Part shown: piece by piece, positions 34,352-48,358 of the stretch
Layout of the letters: the number at the start of each line of letters is the position of its first letter
Numbering within the stretch: the first letter of the stretch is position 1
NCBI GenBank assembly: GCA_977017645.1
Contig: OZ360221.1
Coordinates: 151,156,001 to 151,220,000 of the forward strand
Direction of reading: 5' to 3'
DNA: 64,000 nt
Source: Torpedo marmorata
Lineage: Eukaryota
Made by a program: the position numbers and the translations under genes
The notes under the pieces: model-generated
What the model was told of the DNA's origin: nothing
The model's input: the letters and a program-made list of their open reading frames with translations, nothing else
Database searches by the model: none

Positions 34352-35349
34352 GTACCCTCATGAATCCTGGTCCCAATACTTGGTTCCCAGAAGCTGGTCA
34401 CCAGCAGCCTGTGGCCTAGTGCGAGCCCAATGCTGGTCCGCAGTAGGCTTCTCTCCCAGGCTTCTCCTTCTTGGAGGAGCGGGAGGGGGGAAGGGAAGGG
34501 GGAGTGTGTTTTTGCACACTGGTGCCCTGCGCTGGTCTGTTTCTTCCCTGGAGCCCCAAGGTCTTGGCTGCCGAAAGTGGGTGCCGGACTCTTTATCTTC
34601 AATGTTGGACAACTGCTGCCGTCCCTGTTCCACAGGCAATTTAAATCTGCATGGTTATTTACAGAAACAATGAGTAAAATAATTTGGCAAAAAAGGCAAC
34701 AACTTGCTTGGTTACTGACAAGATTACACAATATCTCAATATCAATTACACTTTGAACAAGCCCAACATTTCAACTGGTGTTTGAAATAGTCTATACGAT
34801 AAAGTAGAATTTAATGTCAAGATTCCTGTTTTTATATTTACATATCCCATGTGCCACGGAAGAAAAATTCCAGTCACAACATAGCTCTTGATATCATCTT
34901 GCCATGTATTGATAACCTCAATAAAAAAATACATTCTTTAATCCCTGGTAGTTCTTCTTTCATTAATTTATGATGAATTTCTAAACCACTTTGTGACATG
35001 CAGGAGGCTCAATTGGACAGTGTTGGAAAATACTTGATGCCTTCGTACCTGTTTGTCTTGGAAGATGCACCCAATCCTTATGATCCCACCACAATTTCAA
35101 CATCCAGCATCATGAACTGTACAACTCCTTAGTGCATAAATACGGGGTTCAAATTTGTAGTTGCTGTCAGCAACTGAAGCTAACCGTCACATTTTGAAAT
35201 CATGTTTATACATTAAAGGAGATGAACTTATTGCCTGCAATTGTTGGTTAAAGTTATTGCACAGAGATTAGAAGGCTGGGATAAGCATTAGTGGAGCAGG
35301 CAAGAGAGAGAGGTCATGCACTTGCAGGGACCTAGGAAGTCATCAAATT

Positions 35350-35584
35350 CAGACATACATCACAGGTAACATGCCCTTCTGGATCATAAGCCCGCGCTGC
35401 CCAAATACCCCAATTAACCTAAAATCCCTGTAAATTTTGAAGGGTGGAAAGAAAGCGGAGTGCCCAGAGGAAACCCACGTAGAGATGCAGGGAACGTACA
35501 AACTCCTTACAGACAGCATCGGATTTGAACCTGGGTCACTGGCGCTGTAATGGCTTTGCACTAACTGCTACGCTAACTGTACCA
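35350..35584 (-). mobile_element. tRNA-derived V-core-type SINE
   Basis: A-box TAGCGTAGCAG, B-box GGTTCAAATCC, core GTGGGTTTCCTCTGGGCACTCCG. Confidence 0.8.
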
Positions 35585-35750
35585 TGATGAATATACGTGG
35601 AAATGGATGGAGGTCAAAGAAGACGCCTATCTCTCTCACCTCACCCTCACATACTTACTATTACAACATTCACTTCACCAGTTTGCAGGTTCCACATACT
35701 TTCAGACATCTAGCTGTGGCAGGCAAATTACTCAGACTCATTAGAGCACA

Positions 35751-38700
35751 TGTGGCGGGTCGAGCCACTTAGATCTCAAACTGTCATTCGGCGGGGTTGG
35801 ACACTCGTGAGAGCTAGAGCACTGGCTCTTATCTGAGAGAGCAGCTGACACGACGTGACAATAGCACGACTTCTTGACTTTTGCGGCTGGAAAGTTAAAG
35901 TGTCCCTTGTCCGTTGACGGTTTTGTTGAGCTGTAATGTTAACCATTAAACTCAGTGTTTAGACAAAATGCGAACGACTTCAATGGTGACCCCGATTTCA
36001 TAATGCTTGGAGGAGACAACCCAGATCAACAGAATGCAGTTTTGCTCAAACTACCCACCTTCTGGACATCACAACCGCAAGTGTGGTTTAAACAGGCCGA
36101 AGCCCAATTCAACATCCGCCAGATAACTGCCGACGTCACAAAGTACCACTACGTGGTCAGTGCGCTGAACCAAGAAACCACCGGGTGCATCATCGATTAC
36201 CTTCACTAACAACCAGCCGACAACAAGTACGAAGGGAACAAGATGCTCCTCAAGCACACATTCGGTCTTACCCACCGCGACAGGGCAGCAAAACTCCTGC
36301 ACATGGATGGCCTCGGTGTCCGCAAACCGTCCATGCTCATGAATGAAATGCTTGCCCTGATGGATGGACACAAGCCCTGCCTCCTCTTCGAACAGGTCTT
36401 CCTCGAGCAAATGCCTGAGGACATTCGCCTGCTCCTCGCGGATGACGATCTCACCGACCCCCGACGGCTGGCAGCCCGTGCGGACGTGCTGTGGCAGGCC
36501 AAACAGCAGGGGGAAGCAACCATGAACCGAGTGGCGGCTGTGCCTCAGAAGGTAATACGAACGGTCCCAGCCTCTACGGAAGGAGCGACAGTGACGTTGG
36601 CCTCGAATGGTGCCAAGGACAAGTGGTGCTACTACCACCAAAAGTGGCGCTCCGCGGCTCGCCGATGTCGACCACCCTGCACGCATCCGGGAAGCGCCTT
36701 GGCGGCCGTTAATAGTGGCATCTGCGGCCGGCAAAAAAGACAGACTCCTCTACACTTGGGATCATCATTCGGGGCGGCGTTTTCTCGTTGACACGGGAGT
36801 GAAGGTCAGTGTTTTGCCCTCCTCAGGCACCGACACTCGTTCCGGAAAGAAGGGTACTCCTCTGACCGCCACCAACAGCAGCAGTATCAGGACATACGGG
36901 ATCCGCATGATCCCGCTCAACTTTAACTCCTGTCACTTCAAGTGGACCTTTACCATCGCCGACGTCTCACAACCGCTGCTGGGTGCTTACTTCCTACGGG
37001 CGCACTCCCTGCTGGTCGACGAGAAAGGACAATGTCTCGTTAATTCCAAGACGTTTGAGTCGATCGCCTTGCGCCATGCCGAATTGACTGCGCCCCACCT
37101 CGGCTCGGTGACCTTCTCCGACATCATAACTCCCCAGTTCACAGCGGCCAGCCCCAAACATGGGGTTCAACACCATATCCTCACCACTGGGCTGCCACTC
37201 TATGCACACGCACGTAGGCTGCCCCCTGACAAGCTCCAACTGGCCAAAGACGAGTTCCACAAGATGGAGGAAATGGGCATAGTGCGCCGCTCAGACAGCC
37301 CGTGGGTATCCCCACTTCACATGGTCCCCAAAGCATTTGGGGGCTGGAGACCCTGTGGGGGCTACCAGCGTCTTAACGAGGTCACAACACCTGACCGGTA
37401 CCGTGTCCCTCACATCCAGGACTTCTCGGCAAACTTGGACAGTGCCAAGGTATTTTCCAAGATCGACTTGGTACGCGGCTACCATCAGTTTCCAGTCAAC
37501 CCAGACGGCATCCCCAAGACTGCTCTCATCATCCCGTTCTGGCTCTTCGAGTTCCTGCGCATGCCTTTCGGCCTCAAGAACGCCGCCCAAGCTTTCCAGC
37601 TGCTCATGGACACGGTGGGCCGTGGGCTGGACTTTGTGTTCATCTACCTCGACGACATCCTAATTGCCATCCGCTCTCGCCAGGAACACCGCGCACACCT
37701 CCGGCAGCTTTGCCAGAGGCTCGACGAGCATGACCTGGTGATCAACCTTGCCAAGTGTCAGTTTGGCCTCACTTCCATCAAGTTCCTCAGCTACCACATC
37801 AACCAGCACGGAGTGGTCCCGCTCCTGACCAAGGTCGAGGCTATTCGCAAGTTTTCCAAACCCTCTACGGTGAAAGGACTCCAAGAGTTTGTCGGTATGG
37901 TCAACTTTTACCACCATTTCGTGCCAGCAGCATCCAGGATAATGCAAACACTGTTCAAGGCCCTGGCCAACAAGCTGAAAGAGCTCGTTTGGGACGACGT
38001 GGCCACGGCCGCATTCGAAAATGCCAAGGAAGCGCTGGCAAAGGCAACAATGCTGGTACATCCACGAGCCAACGCACCAACAGCTCTCACGGTCGACGCA
38101 TCAGGCACAGCCGTGGGTGGAGTGTTGGAGCAACTGATCAATGGTATCTGGCAGCCCCTTGCCTTTTTCAGTTGCCACCTGAGACTGCCCTAGCAAAAAT
38201 ACAGCGCTTTCGACCGGGAGCTCCTCACTCTCTACCTCGCTATCCGACATTTCCGCTACTTCCTCGAGGGCAGGAATTTCACAGCTTTCACGGACGACAA
38301 ACCACGCATGTTTGCCTTTGCCAATGTGTCTGATCCTTGGTCAGCCCGACAGCAGCGCCACCTGACCTACATCTCGTAATACACGACTTGCGTCCAGCAC
38401 ATCTCAGGCAAGAGCAACCAGGTCACAGATGCGTTGTCCCGCATGGCCATCAATGCCATCCACGCTCTGGCCCCAGGTGTCGACTACACGGCCGTGGCGG
38501 CTGCTTAGCGAAAGTATGAAGAGATGCTCGCCTACCGCACTGCCATCTCAGGCCTAAAGTTGGAGGATGTGAGATTCGGACACGCTGACACCACACTCCT
38601 CTGCGATGTGTCTACGGGACAACCAAGACCCATCATCCCCGCTGCCTGGCGCCGCCAGATTTTCGACATGGTTCATGGCCTAGCTCATCCTTCCATCCAG

Positions 38701-40057
38701 GCAACGAAGGAACTTATGGCAGCCAAGTTCATGTGGCATGGGTTGTGCAAACAGGTCGGCAACTGGGCCAGAGCTTGCATCCCCTGTCAAACCTCCAAGA
38801 TTCAGAGACACATCATGCCGCTGCAGACGTTCATCCTGACACACCGGCGTTTCGACCACATCCACGTCGTCATCGTTGGACCGCTCCCCCCACCCAGAAG
38901 TGTCACCCACCTCTTCACCATCGTTGACAGATTCACAAGGTGGCTGGAGGCCGTTCCCGCTCTCGGATACCTCCACTGCGACCTGTGCACGTGCCCTCAT
39001 CGCCCACTGGATCGCTCTCTTTGGCGTGCCGGCGGACATCTCCTCCGACAGAAGTGCGCAGTTCACCTCCGAGCTGTGGTCAGCAATGGCACGGCTGCTT
39101 GGCACTAAACTGCACCACACAACGGCCTACCACCCGCAATCAAATGGCATAATGGAACATTTGCACCGGCACATGAAGGCATCCCTCAAAGCACGGCTCA
39201 CGGGCCCAAACTGGATGGACGAATTGCCGTAGGTCATGCTAGGATACGCACTGCCCCCAAGGAGACCTGGCAACTTCCTCGGCCGAGCTGGTGCACGGTG
39301 CCCTGCTTACGGTCCCAAGGACTTCATCCCGACTGCGCATGCACATCAAGAAATGCCCACGACCGTGCTGACGCACCTCCGTGAGGAGGTGGACACGCTT
39401 TCTCCAGTCCCAACATCCCGACACGGTCTCACAGCCACGTACGTCCCACCCGACCTCAAGGACTGCCAGTACATTTTCCTTCGCCGAGATTCCCACCGTA
39501 CACCTCTGCAAAAGCCTTACAAGGGACCCTTCAGAGTACTGCAAAATGACGCTACGGCTTTCATCATTGACATGGGTGGCAGACACGAGACGGTCTCCAT
39601 GGACCGTCTTAAGCCGGCAAACTTGGACATTGACCAACCAGTGCAGGTGGCACAACCCCACCGCAGAGGGCGACCACTCTCACGACCAAACCCGCCCTCA
39701 ACTCAACCATCTGCAACCCTGAACACGGGAGACACATGCACAAGATCAGGCCGCCTCACTCGACAGCCTAACTGTCTCCAATACTCTGGTTCTGGGGGGG
39801 GTCATGTGGCGGTCGAGCCACTTAGATCTCAAACCGTCATTCGGCGGGGTTGGGCACTCACGAGAGCTCAAGCACTCGCGGGAGCTAGAGCACTGGCTCT
39901 TATCTGAGAGAGCAGCTGACACGACGCACGGGACCACAGCGCGTCTTCTTGTCTTTTGCGGCCGGCAAGTTAAAGCGTCCCTTGTCCATTGACGGTTTTG
40001 TTGAGCTGTAATGTTAACCATTAAACTCAGTGTTTAGACAAAATGCGAACGACTTCA
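35751..40057 (+). mobile_element. Full-length CsRn1-like Gypsy LTR retrotransposon
   Basis: LTRs 35751-35982 and 39805-40057, 4-bp TSD CACA, PBS TGGTGACCCCGA (tRNA-Trp) 35984-35995, G-rich PPT. Confidence 0.95.
36003..39800 (+). pseudogene. Disrupted gag/pol of the CsRn1-like element
   Basis: LKLPTFW Gag start, CYYH...C..PC knuckle, FLVDTG protease, YLDD RT, TVDASG RNase H, HGLAHP...C..C/DRFTRW/SDR integrase; several stops and frameshifts. Confidence 0.93.
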
Positions 40058-41024
40058 CACACATATTAACACAAGTTTATCCTTTAGAGAAGACAACATG
40101 TACCTGTGTTAGCAGCAGCGGTCAGCAGGGCTCAAGCCTATGTAAAGGTAAAGGTAAAGGTTCCATTATTGTTACGTAATACTACATTTATGTTGAATGA
40201 TTCCTCTGGAATGGAGAGCATTGCCCTCCATTGGAGCAGCTGTCACCGAGTCCCTGGTCAGATCATTGGAGATGATGCTTTGTTATTCAATGCCTCTGCT
40301 CAGTCACTTCCTCTTCAGCCTACAACCCCCTCATGATTTACAAGCTACAGATGACATAAGTCATCTTGACTAGAGCCCAATGGCTCTCTTTGTTCATTTT
40401 TCAAATTTCAATCGCTCTTTTTCAGTAAGGCTGAGACACCTGAGTGCAGGAACAGAAGACAAAAAGGCACCCTGTCACTCTCTCTGAATCTCCCAGCCAT
40501 CAGCTGAGATACTGGTGCTTCATTCACTGTGAAGAGTTCCGATAGAGTCTGCAGGTAATGGGAAAGAGTTTTTTCAGAAGCCAGGTTTCCTGAATCACAA
40601 ATGGGAAAGGTTGGAGCTGGAACAAAACACAAGTGAAGACAGGTGGACAATCTGAACAACTACTTGGTGCATTAGTAGACCTATCGGAAAGTCTACATGT
40701 GATGTCAGGAAGAAGTTGGAGTCTAGTTCATTTTACACACTGTTTGTGTGGTGCCTGGAGACCATCCTTTCCAATTTGGAATTGGTGGACAAATCCTTTC
40801 CAACAGCTCTAAACCCCACCACACAGTGTTTGAGGAACAATACCTCAATTTTCATTGCAACACACGCACAGGAACCACCCAGTAGCTGGAGATATCTAGC
40901 AGGTAAGCTCATCTTGTTGCCATTGTGTTTCTGGATAGCTGTTTAAAGGCTCTATGGGAGGGTCAGAATGCTCCAAGAATTCTTCCTCCCTTCTCTTATC
41001 GCTGGTGGCAAGGGCCAAATCTGT

Positions 41025-41535
41025 CTAATGGCCACCATTAAGTTAACCTTCTATAGGAGCTCTATCAAGAGCGTACTAGCTGGCTGCATCACAGTGTGGT
41101 ACGGTTGCTGCAGAGAAATGGATCCGAGGTCAATCCACAGGACCATAAGAGTGGCAGAGAGGATCAGTGGAGTCACGCACCCCCCCATCGACGTGATCTA
41201 TGGGGATCATTGTCTGAAGAGGGCGCGTAAAATCATTGAGGACCCCAGGCTGAGGAACAGCTTCTTCCCACAGGCAGTGAGAATGCTGAACGACCACTAT
41301 GCACAATAAACATTTGAGACTCTCATATTTATGAAACAATATTTATTTAAACAATATTTATTTATTTATTTATTGATTTGTATAGATGACTACTCATCCT
41401 GCATATGTATTGTTTGTTTGCATGTGTGTTATGTCGGGTTGTATGTCTGCGTGTTTTGCACCGAGGACAGTAGAACGCTGTTTCATCGGGTTGTACTTGT
41501 ACAATCAGTTGACAATAAACTTAACTTGACTTGAC
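41025..41535 (+). mobile_element. Rex1/Babar-type LINE 3' fragment
   Basis: [19 protein letters not shown]...RNSFFPQAVRMLN, tail (ACTTG)n. Confidence 0.85.
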
Positions 41536-42159
41536 TAATGCCACAGTTACACAATATGCATATTAGTATGCGAATTAAGACATCATCTCTAGACTGACCT
41601 CCAGGGTGAAAACATGAGTGGCTAGGCCAGCAGAATCAATGCTGTAACATGTGCTCAGTGGCTGGCTGGATGTTGGTCATTGTAAGAGGATTTTACAATT
41701 GTACAAAGAGCCCAGACTAAATTCAGAAGGCTGGTGTATTGGAGGTAGATCTTGTTCTCAACCTGTTGCTCTGGTGGGGTGACTGGAAGAGGAGAAAAAC
41801 AAATGACTGAGACAAGCTGAGTGCATTGTGTCTGCTCTCTGGGTGGCTGACATGATCTAACTGGATATATGTGTATGGTTTCTCACTGCTGGAAATCTTA
41901 GGAAGTGATAATCCTTTTGCTGCTGAAACATTACTTTGTTCTAAGATGGGACTCTTAAGGCTATTGTCTGCAATCAAACGTCCCATTTGCCTTTGGAAGC
42001 CCTGCCATGTTTGCAACTGCTTGATGTGCTCAATTTACTGAACTTTACCCAAGGAGAGAATTTAATTCATCTCTCTTTGAGTGAGAATCTTTGAGGCCAT
42101 CCTGACGAGTGGTAGGTCGCAAACTGGGACAAGTTGCTGATGTCACCAGCATAAAGTTA

Positions 42160-42470
42160 CACAACACAGAAATAAGTCCTTCAGCTCATAAACTCTACAC
42201 TGACCATGAAACACATATTTACACCAATCTACAGTGATCCCATTTTACTCTTCCCACATTCTCATCAACTCACCTCCCCCAAGAATTCTAACACTCACCT
42301 GCATGTTGGAGGAAACTCACAATAGCCAATTCATTGACCAGCCCAGATGTCTTTGGGAAGCACGCAGAGGAAACCCACACAGTTGCAGGGAGAATATGCA
42401 AATTCCACACAGACACCACAGGCAATCAGCACTGAGGCAGCAGCTCTATTAGCTGAGCCACTGTGCTACC
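42160..42470 (-). mobile_element. Degenerate tRNA-derived SINE
   Basis: Reverse complement begins GTAGCACAGTGGCTCAGCT...GCTGCCTCA and contains the core TGTGTGGGTTTCCTC. Confidence 0.65.
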
Positions 42471-43959
42471 CACATACTGGAATGATTGTGAGATATTTTT
42501 ACCTTTATAACAAGACCCAGTGCAATGACGGTACTAGCTGCGGCATTGGACAGATATCTGTTGCTATATTAGTGGAGAAGCAACATTTCTGAAGCCCATG
42601 GGTCCACTTGTCCAGAATACTTGTCCATTCCTCTTTTTTGACTTTTCATGTTCTGGACACTATCCCAGTTCTCCTCAATTATGCTGGAGGATGAGTGGAA
42701 CAGTCATCAATGTCCAAAGTGACAACAAGGGATTCAAAGCACAGCACCATTCATAAAGTCAACAGAGATAATTCCCCAATCCAAATAATAATTGTAGCCT
42801 TCTCAATCAAATTTTGCTTAAGTTATTGGAAACCTTTTTAAAATGTGCAGCTAGAGTTGTGTGGGACAGTTCAGCTGCTAAATAGATTTTCTCTGTGTGG
42901 GAAACAGCACCAATTCAATATTGTCACATATTTTAATATCAAATGAGGATTGATTGATGTCAACAACTGTCTTGTCTGCATAACATACACAGTGCATGCA
43001 TTACCATATTATATAATTTGTTCAGCAATGTAAATCATAAGAAAAAAATGAAAGCAAATTGGTATCTGTAGTGCTAAACAAATCAGCTTTAGAAAGGCCC
43101 ATTTTCATGTCATAGTTAATTCATATATCTCACTTCTCAGAAATGTCTGCTTTTAAGAATTCAGTTATGCACCAATTGTTTTTGCCTCCTTGTTATTACA
43201 GCTACAATGGGGAAAATTTGAAGTTGGTGTCAAATGAACAAAACCATACCGTTCATTATGGTTATGTACTTTAGCACAGGAATTTCCACTCAGTCAACTG
43301 CAGAAAAATTAAGTGCTTTGAAATGAGAATCCCAGACCTCTGTGAACAGGAAAAACAACTGCATATCTCCTTCACTAATCAGACCTAGGAATGTTAATCT
43401 GCAGTTCAGAGTCTGAACCAACTTGTGTCATGTAGAATTTGTAATTCAATATCAAATCATGTACAGAAAGAGAATCAAGGAAAGGAAATGTTGGATTAAG
43501 GGCACAAGACAGCAAGAAAAAGCAAATAAAAAGCTTAATTATTAAAACAAATCACATCTCCTTCACATAAAAATTTAAACTGGTATTATCTATGTTGTTT
43601 ACGGTGAATTTTAAGTGTCAGAAGTTTTGTTTGGTAATAATTAAAATGTTTTAGGTACTTACAAAGTTTGGCAAGACCCAGTGATTTCTAGTGAGTTTAA
43701 TAGTATTGTTTACCTGCTAACTATCATAACTTCACACATTTGTGAGTTTCACAAGATGCCACTCTCACAAAGCCCCTGAATGACCAGGACAACTTTGGCT
43801 TGAATCTATTGCTGCATGAATTTATTGCCGGTGTGGTCAGTGGAAGTTGCTGACTGATTTACATACTGTAATTATAAAATTCAAAGCTCAGTAAAAACTG
43901 GTTATTCTCCCAAACAAAATCCAATTAATTGTAAATGTGGTGTGAATCTGGAGTCCAGG

Positions 43960-45182
43960 TCCAACCTGGCTGAATGGTGCAACAATAACAACCTTGCATT
44001 CAATTATGTTTTTTAGACAGAAGTAGTAAGATTTTCCCATCATCAGTATGCATACTTACCCTCCGGAGTGGCTGTTCACACAGGATGGACGTTTACACTA
44101 ACTTCCTGCGTTGCAGTAATTCCGGAGGGTGGGCGTGGGTCGTCGTCGATTCAGACGTACAAAGGTACATCATATTCATTAACCATTTTTTGTGGACTGC
44201 CTGCAGTTCAGTTTAGACTGCAGGCAGTCCGCAAAAATGTGTAGGGCTGCTGCAGGAAAAATGTCGGGACGGAAATTAGTTACTAATTTCCGTCTCGACA
44301 TTTTTACACAGCCAGCATAACGGGAAATTTCCGAGATTTTCCCGTTACGCAGCAGCTGTGTAAAAGTCATACATGTCACCAAAACTAAGGAGCTGATTGT
44401 TGACTTCAGGAAAGGAAAGCCAGAGGTTTACAATCCAGTGATCATTGGGGGATCAGAGGTGGAGAGGGTGAGCAAGTTTAAGTTCTTGGGAGTCACTATC
44501 TCAGAGGACCTTTCCTGGACCCAACACACCAATGGCATCATGAAGAAAGCACGTCAGCGCCTCTACTTCCTCAGGAGTTTGCAGAGGTTTGGTATGACAC
44601 CAGAAACCCTGGAAAATTTCTACAGAGGTGTGGTAGAAAGGGTGCTGACCAGATGCATCAGGGTCTGGTGTGGAAAAACCAATACCCCTGAGCATAAAGC
44701 CCTCCAAAAGTTAATGGACACAGCCCAGGACATCACAGGCAAAACCCTCCCCACTATTGAGCACATCTACAGGGAGCACTGCAGTAGGAGAGCAGCAGCA
44801 ATCATCAAAGACCCTCATCACCAAGCACACGCTCTGTTCTCGCTGCTACCATCAGGAAAGAGGTATAGGTGCCACAAGACTCGCACCACCAGGTTCAGGA
44901 ACAGCTGCTACCCCTCTATCATCAGAATCCTCAATGACAAAGTCAATCAGAGACTCATTTAAGGACTCTTACTTGTGCATTTTATTGATTTTCTTTTTGT
45001 TCTCTCTGTATTGCACAGTCAGTTTGTTTACAGTTCTTTGTTTGTTTACATGTTTTACGCTGTGTACAGTTTATTTTTTGCCCTACCAATTAGTGGTGGT
45101 TCTGCCGCGCCTGCAGGAAAATGGAATCTCAGGGTTGTATGTGATGTCACGTATGTAGTCTGACAATAAATCTGAAATCTGA
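43960..45182 (+). mobile_element. Rex1/Babar-type LINE 3' fragment interrupted by a MITE
   Basis: NLAEWCNNNNLAFN / VTKTKELIVDFRK joins across 44005-44371; ORF 44438-44962; (AAATCTG)n tail. Confidence 0.92.
44005..44371. mobile_element. Non-autonomous DNA transposon (Harbinger-like MITE)
   Basis: Imperfect 16-bp TIRs (TATGTTTTTTAGACAG vs TATGACTTTTACACAG), probable 3-bp TSD AAT/CAT, several internal palindromes, clean interruption of a LINE. Confidence 0.7.
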
Positions 45183-46924
45183 CACTGGGCTAAATGCAAA
45201 TTCTTGAAGAAAGCCTTTAACACTGGCTCTACGCAGGACAATTTAACAGCAATATAAAACTGAAACTGTCTCATACTGATATGTTGTGAAAATAGTCTCG
45301 TGAATTCTGCTACAATAGATTGTTGCATTGTAAAATTTTGCAATGTTTCATGCCTTTATACCAGTTTCTAGTTTTTATGAATGTTAAAAACACATATTAT
45401 GTGTTTTAGGGACAGATGGAATGGGTGATGCACTAGTGATCATCATTATGCAAGTTGGTATCCTGGTAGGCATCAGGCATAGCTCTATATTAATGATTAT
45501 CTATCCTTTTTAAATGTAAGAGAGAATGAATTACCTTTTATCTTCCTTTGCTGCTTTCCTCTGTACCGTAGTATTCTTGTGTCACTGATTGGTCTTTATA
45601 TAATAGTCTCTGTTGTACTGCCTCTCACCAATAGGTGAAGGTTAAGTATAACAGCTATGTTTCCACTGAGGCTTGAGAAGTATGGGCTTAATCTTCCCCG
45701 GTAGATTGAGCTCTATACAGCATTCACAATCAGGGTTGTGGATGCAATGTCAAGGGCTGATTGGCTTTGCCTTGATTTCTTCCTGATTTAGAAACTATCT
45801 GAATGCTGTGCCAATTGCAGTTTCCTCTCAGCACAATGTTTAATTTAAATTTGTATTTTAGCTCTACTGCATGTATATTGCTTATTACAATGTGGATCCA
45901 TTGCTTCGTATCAGGAACTACATTTAATTTTAAAGTAAAAAAATATAATTCAAAGCAATTTTCCATGCACATTAAAAATGTCCTTAAATCCATGAACTGT
46001 CATAATACAACCTCTGTAATCACATAAATATTAATAATTCTTGCATATAAGCAAATCACATGAATGTTTATTCAACAATACATTCATTATTCAAACAATA
46101 ACTTATCATGGAATAGTTAAATTGTGTTAAATGCTAGAATTGATGACTTCATAATTTAAAATAATGCTTTTTTTCTGTTTCTGACTTAAAGGAATGTTGT
46201 TAATTCTGCATTTTTTCACTTTAATATGTATGCCTGTATCTATCTATTAACTCCTACCTGCTGCTAATTCTTTTTCATGGGTAGGGAACCATATTCATAT
46301 TGATGATGTTAAATATTTTAGACAAAATTCTAATTTTTCTACATGTAGAATAATGCTAAAATTATCAATGGAAGATATTTCATCCATTTTGTGCCAAGCT
46401 TTAATTTATCTCCCTTTGCTTTGCTCTATACTTTTACACCATATTTCCCGATTTCATTATCTGTATTTATAAATGAATTATGAGCCTTTACCTTTTTCAA
46501 TCTGGCAAATCTCTACAGAGGGAGTTGTCAGTTGAAGGTTCCTCAAACATATTTATGGTAAAGGATTTGGCAAGCCATGACATTCTGTGATAAATTGTGA
46601 AAATTTCTACACTTGCTGCACACAGTGTAATTTGCTGCCTGAGTAATACAATTTTGCTTAAAAAGCCACAGAGCCAATAAGAGTGCCAGTGGATCTGAGC
46701 AATAAACAATTACGCTAAACATGACTACACAGATAGATTTTTAACTGCATGAGAAGCATTTTATGCCTGGCCTGGTTTGTACATATTTCACTGTTTGTGA
46801 GATGCTTCAAACAGAACAAAGGCACCATGCTGAGTTGTTTGATGCAGCAAATGTTTGAATAGCTGCTGAGACATCACCGTACAGCATCTCAGCTTGCTGA
46901 GTAGAATGAAATCCTGGGAAATTG

Positions 46925-47074
46925 NNNNNNNNNNNNNNNNNNNNNNNNNNNNNNNNNNNNNNNNNNNNNNNNNNNNNNNNNNNNNNNNNNNNNNNNNNNN
47001 NNNNNNNNNNNNNNNNNNNNNNNNNNNNNNNNNNNNNNNNNNNNNNNNNNNNNNNNNNNNNNNNNNNNNNNNNN
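46925..47074. other. Assembly gap (N run)
   Basis: 150 N. Confidence 1.
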
Positions 47075-48358
47075 CTGTCTTTACTCACTGCTAACAATTT
47101 CTCTCTGACTCCTCTTGCCTCACCCTGATGTGACTTCTTTCCTACCCTTCATCTCAACAATGTCTCTCACTTTGTTTCTCTTCCCAACTAGATTTTAATT
47201 CCTTTATTGCTTGGCAAATTTACTTTTGCCTGACAAGGTAGTGTTTACTGAAGGAAAACAAAATGGTATTGCTCTTTCACTTCCACCACGAGTGACCTGG
47301 TCACTTTTTATATATTTTTTTGGAATATTTTATTTTAAATTTTAAATTTTTACACAGTAATACATACATGGATAGAATAGATTATTGACTTCAAAAAATA
47401 TTTTATAATATTGCATTACAGTATATCGTCCCCTTCCCTTATCCACCCAAACCTTTATAACATTTTTCAACAGTTTAAATTAAATTTTTTGCTTAGTTTT
47501 TCCAATCCCACCCTCTACCCATTCCCTCCCCTTAAATTCCCTCCCCTTCCTAAAATCTACAAAAGAAAGAAGGAAAAAGAAAAAAGAAAGTAATATAATG
47601 TTACTTATAAAAGACCTATATGGATCGCCTGGGGATTCACAGTTTGAGGCAAGGTTTTCAACAGTGTTTTTATTATTTAAATTTAAATTTGAGAGAGTTA
47701 GCATAAGGTCTAGGATTTGGAATAACACATTTACATATTTATACCTAATATCTGGATATATGGATGCCAAATTTTCAAAAATACCCCTTATTTATTTCTC
47801 ATGTTATATGTTAGTTTTTTCCAAAGGAATGCAATTCTGTATCTCTGCAATCCATCTTTCCATACCTAAATTTGTATCTGATTTCCAAGTTACTGCTATA
47901 CACTTCCTCACTACCGCTAGAGCAATTTTAACAAATTTCAATTGATATATTGATAACTTCAATTTTGGTCTAGTTCCTTCAACATTCCCTAATAAAAATA
48001 AATCAGGGTTTTGTGGGAGTGTAATACCTATGATTTGCTTTAACAAATTCCCTAGTTCCATCCAGAAGGGTCTTACCTTAGAGCATGACCAAGTTGAATG
48101 TAAAAAAGTTCCCAAAACTTCACCACATCTAAAACACTTATTTGATAATTCAGATTTCATTTTATTCAATTTTTGCAGTGTAAGATATAATTGGTGTAAC
48201 AGGTTGTACTGAACTAGTCTATATCTTACATTAATAGCATTGGACATGCTATCTTGACATAAATCCGACCATCTATTTTCGTCAATTGTCACATTAATAT
48301 CTTGTTCCCATCTCTGACTAGATTTATGAAGTCCTTGTTTGAAAGCTCCTCTTTGTAA

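Noticed and set aside
34357-34640. GC-richer segment hosting the solo LTR
   Set aside because: Probably part of an older repeat, but I cannot assign a family
40408-42016. Minus-strand ORFs 40408-40659 and 41723-42016 as candidate host exons
   Set aside because: No domain similarity that I recognise and weak splice donors
44052-44060. ATACTTACC as a U1 snRNA gene or pseudogene
   Set aside because: The match ends after 9 nt; the downstream sequence is not U1
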